A stretch of DNA of 64,000 nucleotides, from the NCBI GenBank assembly GCA_035221665.1, contig CM069143.1, positions 46,128,001-46,192,000 on the forward strand. The letters run 5' to 3'. Positions within the stretch are counted from its first letter, which is position 1; every line of letters starts with the position of its first letter. A model generated the notes under the pieces. It searched no databases and was not told the origin of the DNA. It was given only the letters and a program-made list of their open reading frames with translations. The DNA is from Okamejei kenojei. Its lineage: Eukaryota. The translations under genes and the position numbers were made by a program. This document shows positions 1-12,975 of the stretch, one piece after another.

Positions 1-21
1 AACAATCTTATATCAATACAT

Positions 22-135
22 ATCTTCAGTTTCCTCCCACATTCCAAAGACGTACAAAGATGGCTTAATTAATTGGCTTGATAAATGTGAAAATTGTCCA
101 GTATAAAATTGTCCAACTTCCAGTATTGTCCCTGG
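22..135 (+). mobile_element. HE1-like tRNA/V-SINE, partial
   Basis: TCTTCAGTTTCCTCCCACATTCCAAAGACGTAC...TTAATTGGCTT matches the central part of the fuller SINE copies at 13189, 25989 and 44409. Confidence 0.7.
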
Positions 136-364
136 TGGACATAGTGCTGAGTGATGCTCTACCTAGAGCTTTTCAGCATACTACATCCAGATCCAGTATA
201 CCCAACTTGCAATGCTAAGAATTTTGGACCTGAAATATGAGCAAAACTTTAGTAGGTCCCAACTGTACAGGATGCTGATGATTTTAAGTTAGGAACTGCA
301 GCAATGGAGTAAATTCATTGATGACGTCTGGGTCTTTTTAAATGAAAGGAATCGTTTTCAAGTG

Positions 365-536
365 ATAGTTAGATTTAGCTCTAGGGCTAAGGGAATCAAG
401 GGATATGGGGGGAAAAGCCGGAACGGGGTACTGATTTTGGATGATCTGCCGTGATCATATTGAATGGCGGTGTTGGCTCGAAGGGCCGAATGGCCTACTC
501 CTGCACCTATTTTCTATTTTTCTACGTTTCTATTTC
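365..536 (+). mobile_element. CR1 LINE 3' end fragment
   Basis: GGATATGGGG...GAAGGGCCGAATGGCCTACTCCTGCACCT followed by a TTTCTA-type tail; the same 3' UTR occurs at 42740-42858. Confidence 0.8.
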
Positions 537-1789
537 CAATGCTGTTGTATCGCTTCCCCGAGTGCAGAAATTCTGCTGCAATCCCAAAATTCCCCAGACA
601 GCGGAGCCACCCCGATTCTTGTGAAAACTCTGCAGTCTCATGTCGAAGCTGTTGCAGTCAGAGTCACTTCATTTAAGGGATGCTTTCCAAAAGATTCAGC
701 GTTGTCAGTGCTGTCAATTCTTATCTGTAGATTACTGTCAAGGTGTCATTGTTTTATTGCTGAACTAAATGTTTTTACAAGTCAACTGACTTGTTTGTAA
801 ATGACCGACATTTCAGTTTCACACCTATCATGCGTTTAGCCGGTCTCTTCCTTGCAACATCTCACTCTCCAGTTTACTTTCATTTAACGTTTACAATTGC
901 TAAATCGTTGGCACACTGCTCTTTGCAAAGGGAGAGGAGAAATGTATTCAATGCATTTTTTCTTTCTGCAAACATTTTTTTTTATTTGTGGAAGTGTGAC
1001 TGGAAATGTAACCACATTTTATTTCAATATTCGAGCAGCAAGATTTTATCATTCCCATTTCTATAACCCTGCGTTTGGTTGTGCCCCATCCCTACAACAC
1101 GCTGAACAGTTTATTTGATAGGCAAACGATAAAAGAATGGCACTTAGATGTATTCAAAATACTTGATACTTAAATTGAGCCACAATAAGGTGACAACATG
1201 GATTTTCCAATGGAACTCAGGGCATAGAAAACAAAAAGATAAGATAGCTTAAATTCTTTATTCAATCTGATATAATTTGAGCGTCCTCACTCGCTTTATT
1301 GTTCAGGTATTGAATTGAATATCAAAATATAGCTCGGCGATGCAAAAAATGCTCCCTCCTAAAACCTTTACAGTCCATATGCTGTTACCTCAGCAGCATT
1401 ATATTAACCCAATTATGTACGAACCTGTAACCTGTGTTATTGAAAGCACAGCAGATTAGTAAGGGGAGCGGGCAGGTCAGTGATTTCTATTGAAATCCTT
1501 TATTTCATTAGAAAACTGATCAGAACCATTCAACTGTATCAATTTTCTCTTCTGGGTTTTGGAGAAAAGCTATGCATTTTCAGCATTTCTTGCTCATATT
1601 TGAAATATCCCGAATTCACAACATTTCGGACTTCACCACGGTACTTATTTTTTCTGAAGGTAGCCTTGAATCTAAGCTGATAAGAGGCAGCCCGGTGTCA
1701 CGTCGGGCTTTCATCGGAAAGTATCCAGGGGAAAAAAACCTCCCAAAGAAAATAAAAAAAATCCAAGATTATATTTGGTGTAAAGCAGC

Positions 1790-2100
1790 TGCGCAGGAAA
1801 CCAAACAAACGCACTAGTTAATGACTTCCCACAAACATGCAGGAAATCCGGCACTACGAGGGTTAATGACTTCCACTCAAACTTGGCAGGGTCCTAGGCT
1901 GAGAGCGTTTGTTTGACTGTATAGTTATAATAACCTTTGGATTGTCCTAGAGGACAGGCCGGCGGTTTCCTAGTGGGGTGGAGCAGAGAGAAGCTGGCCC
2001 CTCCCGCACGGCCTACGGAGTGCTGAGGTATGAGACGTGAGCCACATGATCGGTTGAGCTCCTATGCATTTAAGACACAGCTTCCCACAAAGACTCCCAG
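1790..2100 (+). promoter_or_regulatory. Putative apelin proximal promoter
   Basis: CpG-enriched stretch upstream of the ATG at 2218, TATA-like TTTAAGA at 2069-2075, ACGTG at 2035-2039, GGAA ETS cores and AAACAAAC forkhead-like sites. The start site is not determined. Confidence 0.55.
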
Positions 2101-2217
2101 CTACTGAGACCCGAACAGCCATTCAGCAAGCACTGGAGCACACACACGCCTCCTCTCGCAGCGACTGATCACTCTACAGCAATCGCAAGTTCACACTGTA
2201 GACACAGCAGAAAGAAT

Positions 2218-2284
2218 ATGAACGTCAAGTTCCACACACTCGCCCTCTTGGTCCTCTTTGTGACTCTGACCCTTGTATCTGGAG
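2218..2284 (+). CDS. apln: Apelin coding exon 1 (signal peptide MNVKFHTLALLVLFVTLTLVSG + G)
   Basis: ATG at 2218, 22 hydrophobic codons plus 1 nt, then a canonical G|GTAAGT donor. Phase 1 joins in frame to exon 2. The N-terminus resembles fish apelins (MNVK...). Confidence 0.93.
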
Positions 2285-5179
2285 GTAAGTCGCTTATTTG
2301 AACTTTTTCCTATTAAATCTTTCCGGGAAGAAACTGATGTGAAGTTGATCAGTTGACATTGTCTATAAACTCAATTTATTGTAGAAACACCTGTTAGTGA
2401 TTATAAGAGGATGAAAATTACAATTATTAAACAGTCAATGACAATAGAGATTGTAGATATAACGGGATTCAGCCAATAATGCATAACTTTTAAATCAACA
2501 TTGTCTTCGATACACAGAAAGTCTAGGTGCAATTCCTTAACTAAGCTTACCTTAGAAATGCGTGCAAAAGAAAGGAAATGATGCTGTGTATATACCTGTT
2601 ATTGGGCCACAGTGACGTTTCAGAGAATATAAACTCATCGTACACACACCATGTTGATTGATGGCGTGATACTTAAATCATAGACTTCGTTGAGCTGTTT
2701 ATCTGCTTCTTGCCCCAACAGAGAGGCCACTGTTCAATTTAATTTTTTTTAAAAAAAATGAATTATTATTTTAAATGTCCACAAATCAGAAAATATTCAT
2801 TTAAACCAATTCCAACTAATACCATATTATAATATTCTCCTTTGTCATTGCCTTGTTTTTTATGTTAAGCCTAATGTTTTTTTATATGAAAAAGAAGCCA
2901 TGTTTATCCTGTGAAGAAAAAAAACTTGCTTTTTTTAAATCCATTCAGAAGACCCTGACATCCTCTGGCTGTGAAATGGAACACCACGTGAGATTGCATC
3001 TGCATGAAATGTCAACATTTTACATTTGCTCTCACTGTAATAGAATTTTGAAAAAAAATACTCAAAGCCACAAAAGCAATTTTTATGTCAGTGTTTTGTA
3101 TCGAGACAAAAGCAAAATATAATTTTAATCAGTGTGTTTATTCATTAGAGTTTTATAAAACAAGGCAACAGCTTGAGAGTAGACAGCTTATAATATCAAT
3201 ACTAACATAAACGGCACAAATACCTTATTTGGTGCTGAAGTATCTATGATTCTGTATGGTTCTATATCAGAATACTCAATGCCATTCAGAGAGGGTATTA
3301 ATGCCAAACCCAGGCACGACCTACACTTGGTTGACCAGCCTTCATGGGTATGCAGTTTTTTGCATTTGGTCTGTCAGCTGATATATTTTCAATGGCATTG
3401 ATAAATGCCAACAGCTCCAAATGGAATCACAACATTTGCTTGTTTAAACAACAGTAAGTCCAGGACGTCTTCTGCAAGTGAAGGAAGAGGGATGGCACTG
3501 CAGTTGTCAATATGTTCTGTGACCGGAGTTGGGTGGCAGAAAATATGAGTTTAGCAGAAGGGGAATTGCCTCTCGGAACCTGTGGTATAATCGAAGAAAT
3601 GGATTTCAATTGGGATTGTAAAAGTGTAGGTAGAAATCAGAAACATAGATCATGGAAACGGGGCCCTCAACTCTAGTCGCCCATATTAACCAAGATGCCC
3701 ATCGGTGGCAGCTTGTAGGCTGGTGGTGGAGCCTTGGCAGCTGTCAAAATGTCTGACAGAATGACCTTGGTGTCCTGGTGGAGGCCTTGTCACTACAAAG
3801 GCTGCTGTGCTGGAGATTGGGATGCTTCGCGTCAGCACGAAAGGCTCTCTACAACTGGTCCAGGTAAGGATGGGTGTGGGTAGACAATGATGCTGATCTG
3901 AATGGTGTGCGTCGGCCGCAAGAGCCATGCCCAAACTAAAACAAGCTTCTTGTTGGGGTTGTTGAGCTTTGGTGCGCTCACTGAATGTTGAGTGTATGCA
4001 GACAATGTTTCATTCCTAGGATGGATCATATAGGGCAATTTGGATTCTGGTCTCTAGCTTCTGAGCTTTATGGAATATTTTCCCTCAGTTATTCATGAGG
4101 ATCAGAATAATGGTCCAAAGTCAAACGTGGCCAATTCAAAAAATGACCATAGATCCAGGTACCCCAATGCAGTTTAGTTTGGACACATTCATGCTCCTCA
4201 TGAATGATTGGATTGTAAGTCAATTCCTAGCTGTACCCTAACCAAACTGAACCCTGATTCTGGAAATCTGAAATAAAAACAGGAAATGTTGGAATGTGAT
4301 TGGGCTGCATTTATGGAGAGAGAAAACGAGTTAATGCTCTAGATTGAGGACAGTTTAGTAACATGATGCATGAACTCTGTTTCTCTTTCCACGGATGGTA
4401 CACAACCTGCTAACTACATCCAGTGTTCTGTTTTAGCTCTAGTTATCCTTCTGTGTTGCATCCTTAGCAATTTGGTGATAACAGGTTGACCCTTTCTATT
4501 CTAAACTTGAGTGATATGAAATAATGCTCCTTGCTTTTATTGTGTAAGTTGATCCATGTCATGTACTTTAAAAGCGAAACTCAAGACAATTGGATAGGAC
4601 TTGATAGTTGAAATATGTGCTCACTCAAGCAACATCTATTGTTTATCAGGAGTGCTATGGTCAGAGTACTCTGATCTAAACCATTAAGACTTTGTGCCCC
4701 TCCCACCGGTACTGAATGCACCTGTGGCTTTTCAACAGATTGTGCAATAATGCTTGAAACAGTTTTCATATTTTTTTTGTGTCCCCATTTTTCTCCTCTC
4801 TCCTCCATTGCTAACTCTACGCTTACCGGCTGTCCTCCTACTCGATATCACAGAAGTGGCAATTAAAATACCAGCCCAACTGACCATTTCAGCAGCTCGT
4901 TCAAGCTTTGAGGCAGAGCTCGCTCATTTTCATGAAATAAATCTGTACATGCTCGTTTTCCAGCAGGAGTCACTGAAGGGCAATTGAAATTCATGTGTAA
5001 TCTCCCGTCCTATATCTTGTGGAGGTACCAAAGCCAATTACATCAACAACTTCCAATTCATAAGAAATTAGCAGAAACCTACAACCTTCTTGGCTCGAGA
5101 AGCAAGAACCATGTTAGGTTGTTAATTTCATTGCTTAATCCACATGCAAGCTATAACGTTTGCAATTTATGATCACAAT

Positions 5180-5657
5180 TAGAACATAGAACAATGCACC
5201 ACAGGGATGGGCCCTTTGGCCCACAATGTTTATGCCAAATATGTTGCCAGGTTAAACTGACATTTGCCCTTACGTGATCCATATCCCCCTATTCTTTGCA
5301 CTTCCATGTATTTATCTTATTGCCTCTTAATACCTGCATTGTATCTGCTTCCACGACCACTCCCGGCAATGCATTCCAGGCCCCGCCAACTCTGTCACAC
5401 TCTGTGTGACAAAAAAACTTTTCCTGCACATCTCCATTAAACTATCCCCCCTCTCACCTTGTAGCTATGCCCTTTAGTGTTAGGCATTTCCACCCTGGGA
5501 AAAAGGTTCTGACTGTCTATCCAATCTGTGCCTCTCATAATCTTACAAACGTCTATAAAGTCTCTCATTAACCTTTGATATTCCAGAGAAAATAATCCAA
5601 GTTTATCCAACCGCTCCTTGTACCTGAAACCCTCAAATTCAGGCAGCATTCTGGTAA
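5180..5657 (-). mobile_element. CR1 LINE 3' fragment
   Basis: ORF 5437-5712 contains FTRMLP...YKERLDKLGLFSLE...KGHSYKVRG (CR1 ORF2 C-terminus); (TTCTATG)-type tail at 5180. Confidence 0.85.
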
Positions 5658-8435
5658 AAAAATGATCTTTGTTTAAATTAAAATTATTTGTGTCTTTATT
5701 CTTTGATTTCACTATATAAAGGAAACAAGCTCATCCAATCACTGATTTGGGGAAACAAAATCCAGAATGTTTTTTTAAGGCTACCAGGTGAAAATAAGAG
5801 ACCATTGGTAAGGGACAGCAGGTTGGATTGTTTGAACTGATCAGTATGGAAATGTTATTATTATGATGGAGCAGACACATGTTAACAAAGCTTCAAAGTA
5901 TAGTGAGCATCCCAGTCTGTTTAAATGGCTGGGCCCTCGTAAATATTCACTATTCAGCCTATTATGCTACATGGTGAAATTCGAGCGGGTTTTTGCATCC
6001 AGATATTGAACCTAATGCCTAGATCTACATGGCCAAAGTTTCCCATAACTGGGTCCAAACATGCATTCCCTTTCCTCCTGGCTGTGGAATATTTGTACCT
6101 ATCTTTGGGACCCACCACTGCTGTTCCAGCAGATATTGTTGTTGGAAAGAATACTCCAAACACAAAATGGTTAAATCATTTCAGGATTCCAATTGGGATA
6201 GAAATGTGATTCGTAAATGCTGAAGGTACATTGGCATTAAAAGGTTTGAGGATCGTCCTTGAGGGCATTGTACATTACTTGCTTTCAAATTCTTTTCCAC
6301 TCAATTCCAGACATAATTACGCACACCTTTTCTTTGTTTTGTTTTGGATTGACAATTTGATAACCAGGAAGTGATTGAGCCTGTAAATAAACATTACAGC
6401 TGCTGGCATCCGATTATGTCGATATAACTCAACTGCTGTAATAAAATCAAGAAACATCACGGTCCTTGGAACCCATAAATTGTTCATACAATCAACTGAG
6501 GCGCACTCCCGAGTATCAAGAAAACCATAATGATTGTTTATGTGGAATTTTTGGAATAGATTTATGCATCCTGCAAGTTAAATCATTCCTACTTGTCTAT
6601 TGTAGATTATCTGATTAATCATAAACTCTTAATGCAATTTACAGTTGATTTACAGTTTAACTCCTTACACTTAATGCAGAAGTGCAAATGACATGGCATT
6701 GAATTCACAATGCACCCCTCCAGTTGTAATATTGTTTGTTCTCTGGCCCTGTGTTCCAGATATTTATGGATATGCTTACATTTCAATTCTTAACAATGAT
6801 GATGATCTGCAGAAGACTACATTTCAAGGAATATTGAACAATTCTCTGAATTCTAGCAATATCATATATTTTTCACTAGTAATCAGCGAGGATTAGCTGG
6901 TCTATACTTAGATTTTTGTTTCACTAATATGTGGCATATTTTGACTCCTAATTTCCTCGGAGGATATTGCTTGTATTATTCGTATCCTTTACAAGGATTC
7001 ACTAATTATAAGAAGCGGTTCATTAGGTCTAAACATTGAACCAGTGGGTGTGGTTTGTTACCAAAGTTGTAGAGTGAGGATCATTCATTTATTTCTATAT
7101 TATTTTTGTCATTACATTTAAACAAGGGGTGCATGCAGTTCATGCAGTCAATGATTGGTTAACAAAAGATATAACCTTTGTGGTTGTATTTATTTTATCA
7201 GGCCTTATCACACTGGTACCAGCCAAATAAAACACTAGAATTTATTGATCAAAGCGTGGATGTCAGAAGCATTATATATGGAAATTAAACCAGCTCAGTG
7301 GCATGTCCCCATGGCTCAATATGTTTGTACAGGGAGTAACTCAGCTGTCTAGTTCAAGATCTTTAGGTCAGCTTGCTGAATGTTGTTAAAGTTAACAAAT
7401 GAAACCAGCTTCAGAACGAGTGAAAATCAACCATTCCCATTTCTTGCTCAGTCTGAGGAAGGGTCTCGATCTGAAACTTGAACTATTACTTTTCTCCACA
7501 GATGCTGCCTGACCTACTGAGTTACTCTGGCTTTTTGTGTCCATCTTCTGATGGTGTCTTTATGGACATCATTTAAGAATGGGATTGGTCCATAACTATG
7601 GCCTTTAAAATTAAATGCCCTGCAAAAATTGTACAGGGTATAAATGAGATAGGATGTACCATCAGAATCTATTGTTTAAATGCATGTAGTCAATGCATTG
7701 ACAATTGTATTTGAGATAACTCTGTTCCCAAAGCCCAAATAAAAAGTGTAGTGGTATAACAATTCTTGAAGGAAGTTTACCAAGTAAACTCCTAAATGGT
7801 TAGATCCTGCATTATTGGCTCTTTATATCAGGCCAAAGATCATCAGCATTTCTTTAAATCACGAGAAGAGGACTTGCAAAGGACCTTGTATTTAGGGGGT
7901 TGTGGAACAGGTGTGTCCTAAACCTTTCTTGTGGCGTCCTGATGACTACACCTGGAGCTCCTGGAATTTCGAGGGAGGTAGAATAAACATACTGTTTGTT
8001 TTTTGTCATTCTTTTATTTGCATCTGGTAGGAATAGGACAAGAGGTTCTTATCTCGGGTCATTAGCTAAAGTATCAGCCAGTGTTTGATGCATGATTGAA
8101 TGCTACATCATCAAAGAACCCTTTACGTGACCATTTTATCCACATTCCTCCAAAAAAAGTAAAATAGAAGACATTAAGGACAGAAAGCGATGAGTGGTTT
8201 ATGCATCGGGTCAATTTGAAGTCTCTAACTGGCTTGTTTCTGCTTAGTGCTTGAGGGTAAAATTTCTGGGTCAGGAGAGGTGGGAGACTGGCTGGGAAGG
8301 CTATTGCCTGTTCAGATGGGGTAAGGGCTTTCAAAAAAATCATGAACATGACTGAGTTCATGCAACGCAGGTTCATTTAAAAATTTACAGTGTTTCTCTT
8401 TCAGATACCAGATAAAAAGATTTTTCCTTCATGGA

Positions 8436-8529
8436 TAGACACAAGATGCTGGAGTAACTCAGCGGGACAGGCAGCATCTCTGGATAGAAGGAATGGGTGA
8501 CGTTTTGGGTCGAGACCCTTCTTCAGACC
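8436..8529 (-). mobile_element. 94-bp Penelope-tail mini-element with hammerhead-like core and TSD
   Basis: Minus strand reads GGT-CTGAAGA-A-GGGTCTCGACCC-AAAAC-GTC-ACC; flanked by CCTTCATGGA at 8426-8435 and 8533-8542. Confidence 0.75.
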
Positions 8530-8650
8530 TTCCCTTCATGGAATTTGATTACCAATTGAGTAATCTTCCTTTCACAATGAAGCTCTCTGCTTCAAAACTG
8601 GAGTAGTGGTTATATTAAACAGTGCTGCCCAGGGGGATCTGTCGGGGAGC

Positions 8651-8938
8651 TTAGTTCAGTTTAGCGATACAGAATGGAACTAGGCCATTCTGCCCATCGA
8701 GTCCACGCCGACCAATGTACACTAATTCTATCCTACACTCTACAATTTACAGAAGCTAATTAACCTACAAACCTGCATGTCTTTGGAATGTAGGAGGAAA
8801 CCGGAGCACCTGGAGGCAACCCACGCAGTCACAGGGAGAATGTGGAAACTGTGTACAAACAGCCCCCATGGTCAGGATCGAAGCCGGGTCTCTGGCACTG
8901 TCAGGCAGCAACTCTAGTGCTGTGCCACTGTACCACCC
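8651..8938 (-). mobile_element. HE1-like SINE
   Basis: Reverse-complement tRNA-like head, central domain and (CTAAA)n tail shared with the other copies. Confidence 0.85.
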
Positions 8939-9708
8939 AGCTGTGAGCTAAGGAGGTGGGAGATGGGGAGAGAGGGATGTTGCAGCTTCTCTATAAAGAT
9001 GTTATAGATTGGGACTCCAGAATCAATAGATACATACAGTACTAGCACGCTCTACTGGGTAGCTCGTCCTGACGTAGGAAATGTGTTTAATGAGAAAGGC
9101 ACAGTGCCGCTGCTCTTTCAGAAACAGTTTGTCAGGTAGCAACAAAGCAGCAAATGTCCCATGTTTTATTAATGAATATTCTGACTTACAATTAGAGAAA
9201 TGAATAGAACTGAAATAGCTATAAATAATTATTAATTTATAATCTCATTCTTATGCAGACATGTTGCTGCAATCCACCAAGAATTATGCACATACTTGAA
9301 GCATTTACCCTGCAGAAGTAGTTCACTCTATTTTCAGTATTTTTTTTCAAAATGTGCAGTTGATGGATTAACAATGCTCATGATTTGAATTAAGTGCAGT
9401 TATTTTCTGCCTGTCTAGAAAAGGCTGAATTCAGTGTTATTTTTACACGACTGATGAATAAGCAGGTCTTTGCTCGGGTAAGGGAGAGCATTGTTTTTCG
9501 AAGGAACTGGCCAATTTTACCACGGAACTGAGCAGGTGAGACTAGTGTAGATGGGGCATCTTGGTCTACATGGGCAAGTTGGGCCGAAGGGCCTGTTTCC
9601 GTGCTGTACGACTTTTGAGCCTGTAAAGAGGTTCTACATTGTACTCTTAATGTTGTTGTCACGGAGATCATGGTAGTAGTTAAGGACATTGGAGAGTCTT
9701 AGCATCAT

Positions 9709-10150
9709 TGAAAAATTTACAACACAGAGGGAGACCATTTGATCCATCCTGTCCATTCTGGTCAAGAAAGAACTGCACAGCCCAACCCCACCTTCTAGCA
9801 CAGTCCACAGGCATCCAAGTCACGATTCTTTTGGTATATATATCCGGGAATTATTTGTGCTTACTGAGGGTGTCTGCCTCTGCCATCTTTCAGACCTTAA
9901 CTTTCTTTGAGGTGAACCATTTTTCCTTGTGCTTCCTCTAATCATTCCACTGTTACTTTAAATCTTGTTCCTTAATCCCTGACCCTTCTGGTAAAGGCAT
10001 TGTTTCCTTTCTATTTATTATAGCTAGGCCCCTCATAATTTCAGACCTTTTTAATTAAGTTGTCCCTCCACCTCCTCTGTTCTAAAGAGGACAATATCTA
10101 CATATGCAATCTTTCAGCATAGCTTCAGATTCCAGACTGGGCAATGCTGG
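9709..10150 (-). mobile_element. Old degraded CR1 3' fragment
   Basis: Diverged similarity to the CR1 ORF2 end and 3' UTR (GCCCCTCATAATTT, CCCTCCACCTCCTCTGTTCTAAAG). Confidence 0.55.
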
Positions 10151-10984
10151 AGAAGAGATTTTTTTTACCAGCAGTTGTTTTGTTTAACAGAACGGTCACA
10201 GTCAATATTAAAATAGGAAGGAACAATGAAAAGTCAAAGGGTTTTGGAGCAATGTTCAGTTGAGATAAGCGATCTGGCCTCAATCGCAAGGGCCGAAGAG
10301 GTAGTAAACAGATCAATGAACTGATACTGGGAAATCTTCAAATACAGATTAAATATTTCTGCAAGGGAAAATATTAGTAGCATTGAAGATTTCCTTGGAT
10401 GACTGAACGGAAAACTAAAGAGTAAGATTTAGTAAACATTTTTAAAAAAGTAAAGTGGCTGTATGTATGAGCATTATATCAGATTTGGGATCTACGTTTC
10501 CTGTCATGAGCTCTCAAACAATATTTCTCCTGGGGTGCACCAATTACCATATTGGATGTTGATGTTGGTGTGCAGACACTGAAACTGGTGTTGGGTCTTT
10601 CCCCTTTACCCCATACTTCCTTTCCCCCCCCCCCCCCCCCCCCCCCCCACACCTCTTCAGGCCAACACCTCAATTTAAAGTAGTTTGCACATGTGTAGAA
10701 CCAGTGATTCTACACATTTAGAATTTAACTTGTGAAATCATAAATATACTGATGTTGCTCAAAAAAGCAATAAAGCGATTTAATAGTTTTATATCTGGAG
10801 CGTGTATCGACGACATTGAGTTGAAAGCAAGATGGGACATGAAGAGCATATGGAATGATACAGGAAATTGTGTGACAAATGGAGTCGGCTTAGAAAATGA
10901 AATCATTTCAAAGAAAAGAGAAGGGGAAGGAGTACAATTGAATCAAGAAAGTTTTTTCCTTTTTCTTCTTCTTTTACAAGATGT

Positions 10985-11446
10985 AGGTGAGACCACACTT
11001 GAACTATTGTGTTCGGTTTGGTCTCACGGCTGCAGGGAAGTTGCCATTAAGCTGGAAAGAGTGCAGAAAATATTAACACGGATGTTGCCAGGATATGAGG
11101 ATCTGAGTTTAAGGAGAGGTTGGGATGTTTTGGACTTTATTCCTTGGAGCAGAGGAGACGGTGGTGATTGTGTAGAGGTGTATAAAGTTATGAGGGGAAT
11201 GCACCCAGTATTTTTTCCCCACGGCAGGGGGAATGAACTAGATAGCATAGGTTTAGAGTGAGAGGGGAAAGATTTTACAAACCTGAGGGGTACATTTTCA
11301 CACAGAGGGTAATACGGTTTGGAACGAGCTGCCAGAGGAAGTGTGTATAATAAAATCACAATGTCCATTTGGACAGGTTCAGGAGAATATGGGCCAAACA
11401 GCCTGGTGCACACTGGGGCGATAGGGACAGTGCTCGGGGCGTGTAT
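10985..11446 (+). mobile_element. CR1 LINE 3' fragment
   Basis: IKLERVQKILTRMLPG motif within ORF 10752-11261, plus a degraded 3' UTR. Confidence 0.8.
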
Positions 11447-11990
11447 TACTTTAAATTGGAGAATTCAATGTTGATACCATTGTGTTGTAGGCTCCCCATG
11501 CAGAATACAAGATGCCGTTCTTCCATATGGTGTGTGGCCTCACTCTGACAGTCGAGGAGACCAAGGGCAGATACTTTGTATGGGAATGCGAAAGGGAGCT
11601 AAAATGGTTTGCAACCAAGAGCTCCAACAGAGAGTGCAAGTCTTGGGTGAAACAGTTGGCTAGTCTGTGCTTGCTTTTGCCGATGCAAAGGAACCATATC
11701 AGAGGCACCAAGTGCAATTGATGAAGTTGGAAAGGGTTTACATTAACCTCTGTCACACCTGGCAGTGCTCATAGGATCCCTGATTGGAAGAGGTGGTGTA
11801 GAGATTACATCTCCTGTGGTTATTGGGAAAAGTGCCTGAATCGGGGGCAAGTGATGTCCTGGAGTGCAATGCTTCATCTTGGAGATTGAGAAATGGAGTG
11901 TAAAGGGATGTCTTCAATACAGGAGGTAAGGTGGGAGAATGTGTAGTCAAGATAGCTGTATAATTCAGTGGGTTTGGAATAGACACAGTC
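11447..11990 (-). mobile_element. Degraded Penelope-like element (GIY-YIG region)
   Basis: CIGKSKHRLANCFTQDL...VANHFSSLSHSHT resembles the GIY-YIG segment YIGETKRRLGDRFAEHLR seen at 62475-62530. Confidence 0.7.
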
Positions 11991-12975
11991 CAGATTTTAT
12001 ACATTTAAAGTAAAACACACACTTAGATGCCAAGTATATTAAATGCGCCAGAGGTAGGCGTGACATCAAAATGATGCAAAGTGCTTTTTAATATGGAGAA
12101 AGAAAGATAGTGAGCTAAAAACAAGTACACTATGAATGTGTTATCTGGGCAGGTGTTGACCTGAAATTAACATATGATCATTCCTGACTGAGCAAGACAT
12201 TCATTTTTAGATGTTGTTTATAAAAATCAGCAAGCAAACTGCAAGTTTTAATATCTTAGCAAGAATATTAATGTTTAATAGGGAGCAGGCAGACAGCTGT
12301 AGCAAAGAACATTACTTGATGGAAAATAAATATTTAATGTCAACTGGGAAATTAACACCTAATCAAAAGTTTACTGCTATTGTATGATTTGAGGAGCCAA
12401 ATATTATTTTTACATGGAAAACAAACTTTGTGCTTCATTCAAAAAATACATATTTTAAAACAAGTCTAATTTCAACTAAATATGGTTCATTATATCTGAA
12501 CATTCACTTTACTCTCAGCACTAATGAGACAGACCTTCCAATGTGAAATGTGAATGATTTAGCTGGAGGCTGCTGGCATTTGAAAATGCTGATTTCCAGT
12601 CACTGTTCACTACTTGTTTTTTTTGGAGAATCATTATTACTCCTTGAATGCAGCCAGACTGTGGTTAAAAAGCGTGCGGTTTTGCGAGATTGTGGTTTAC
12701 TACTTAAAAATACGGTTCTACCATATGCCTCCAGTGTGGTAAAAATTAGTTAATAATCTATTTTCAATTGCTGGTTGGATTCATTTGTTTTGCTGCATGT
12801 ATGTTTGGATGGAATAAACAGCAGTATTGCCTCACTATGACCTCCATTAACCAGTCTTTATTCCAAACTTATTCTGGCTGTTAGTTTGCATTGGAATATA
12901 TTGTGATCTTCCACACTCACATTTTGCCATAAATTTATCCTCATCCTTGACTAATCTTGCTTATTCCATCCCCAG

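Noticed and set aside
441-800. 119-aa ORF
   Set aside because: Begins inside a CR1 3' UTR with no recognisable domain or splice structure.
2218-2284. Exon 1 read as a CXCL12 or other chemokine signal peptide
   Set aside because: No CXC/CC exon with suitable splice sites was found; the in-phase exon at 12976 encodes unmistakable apelin.
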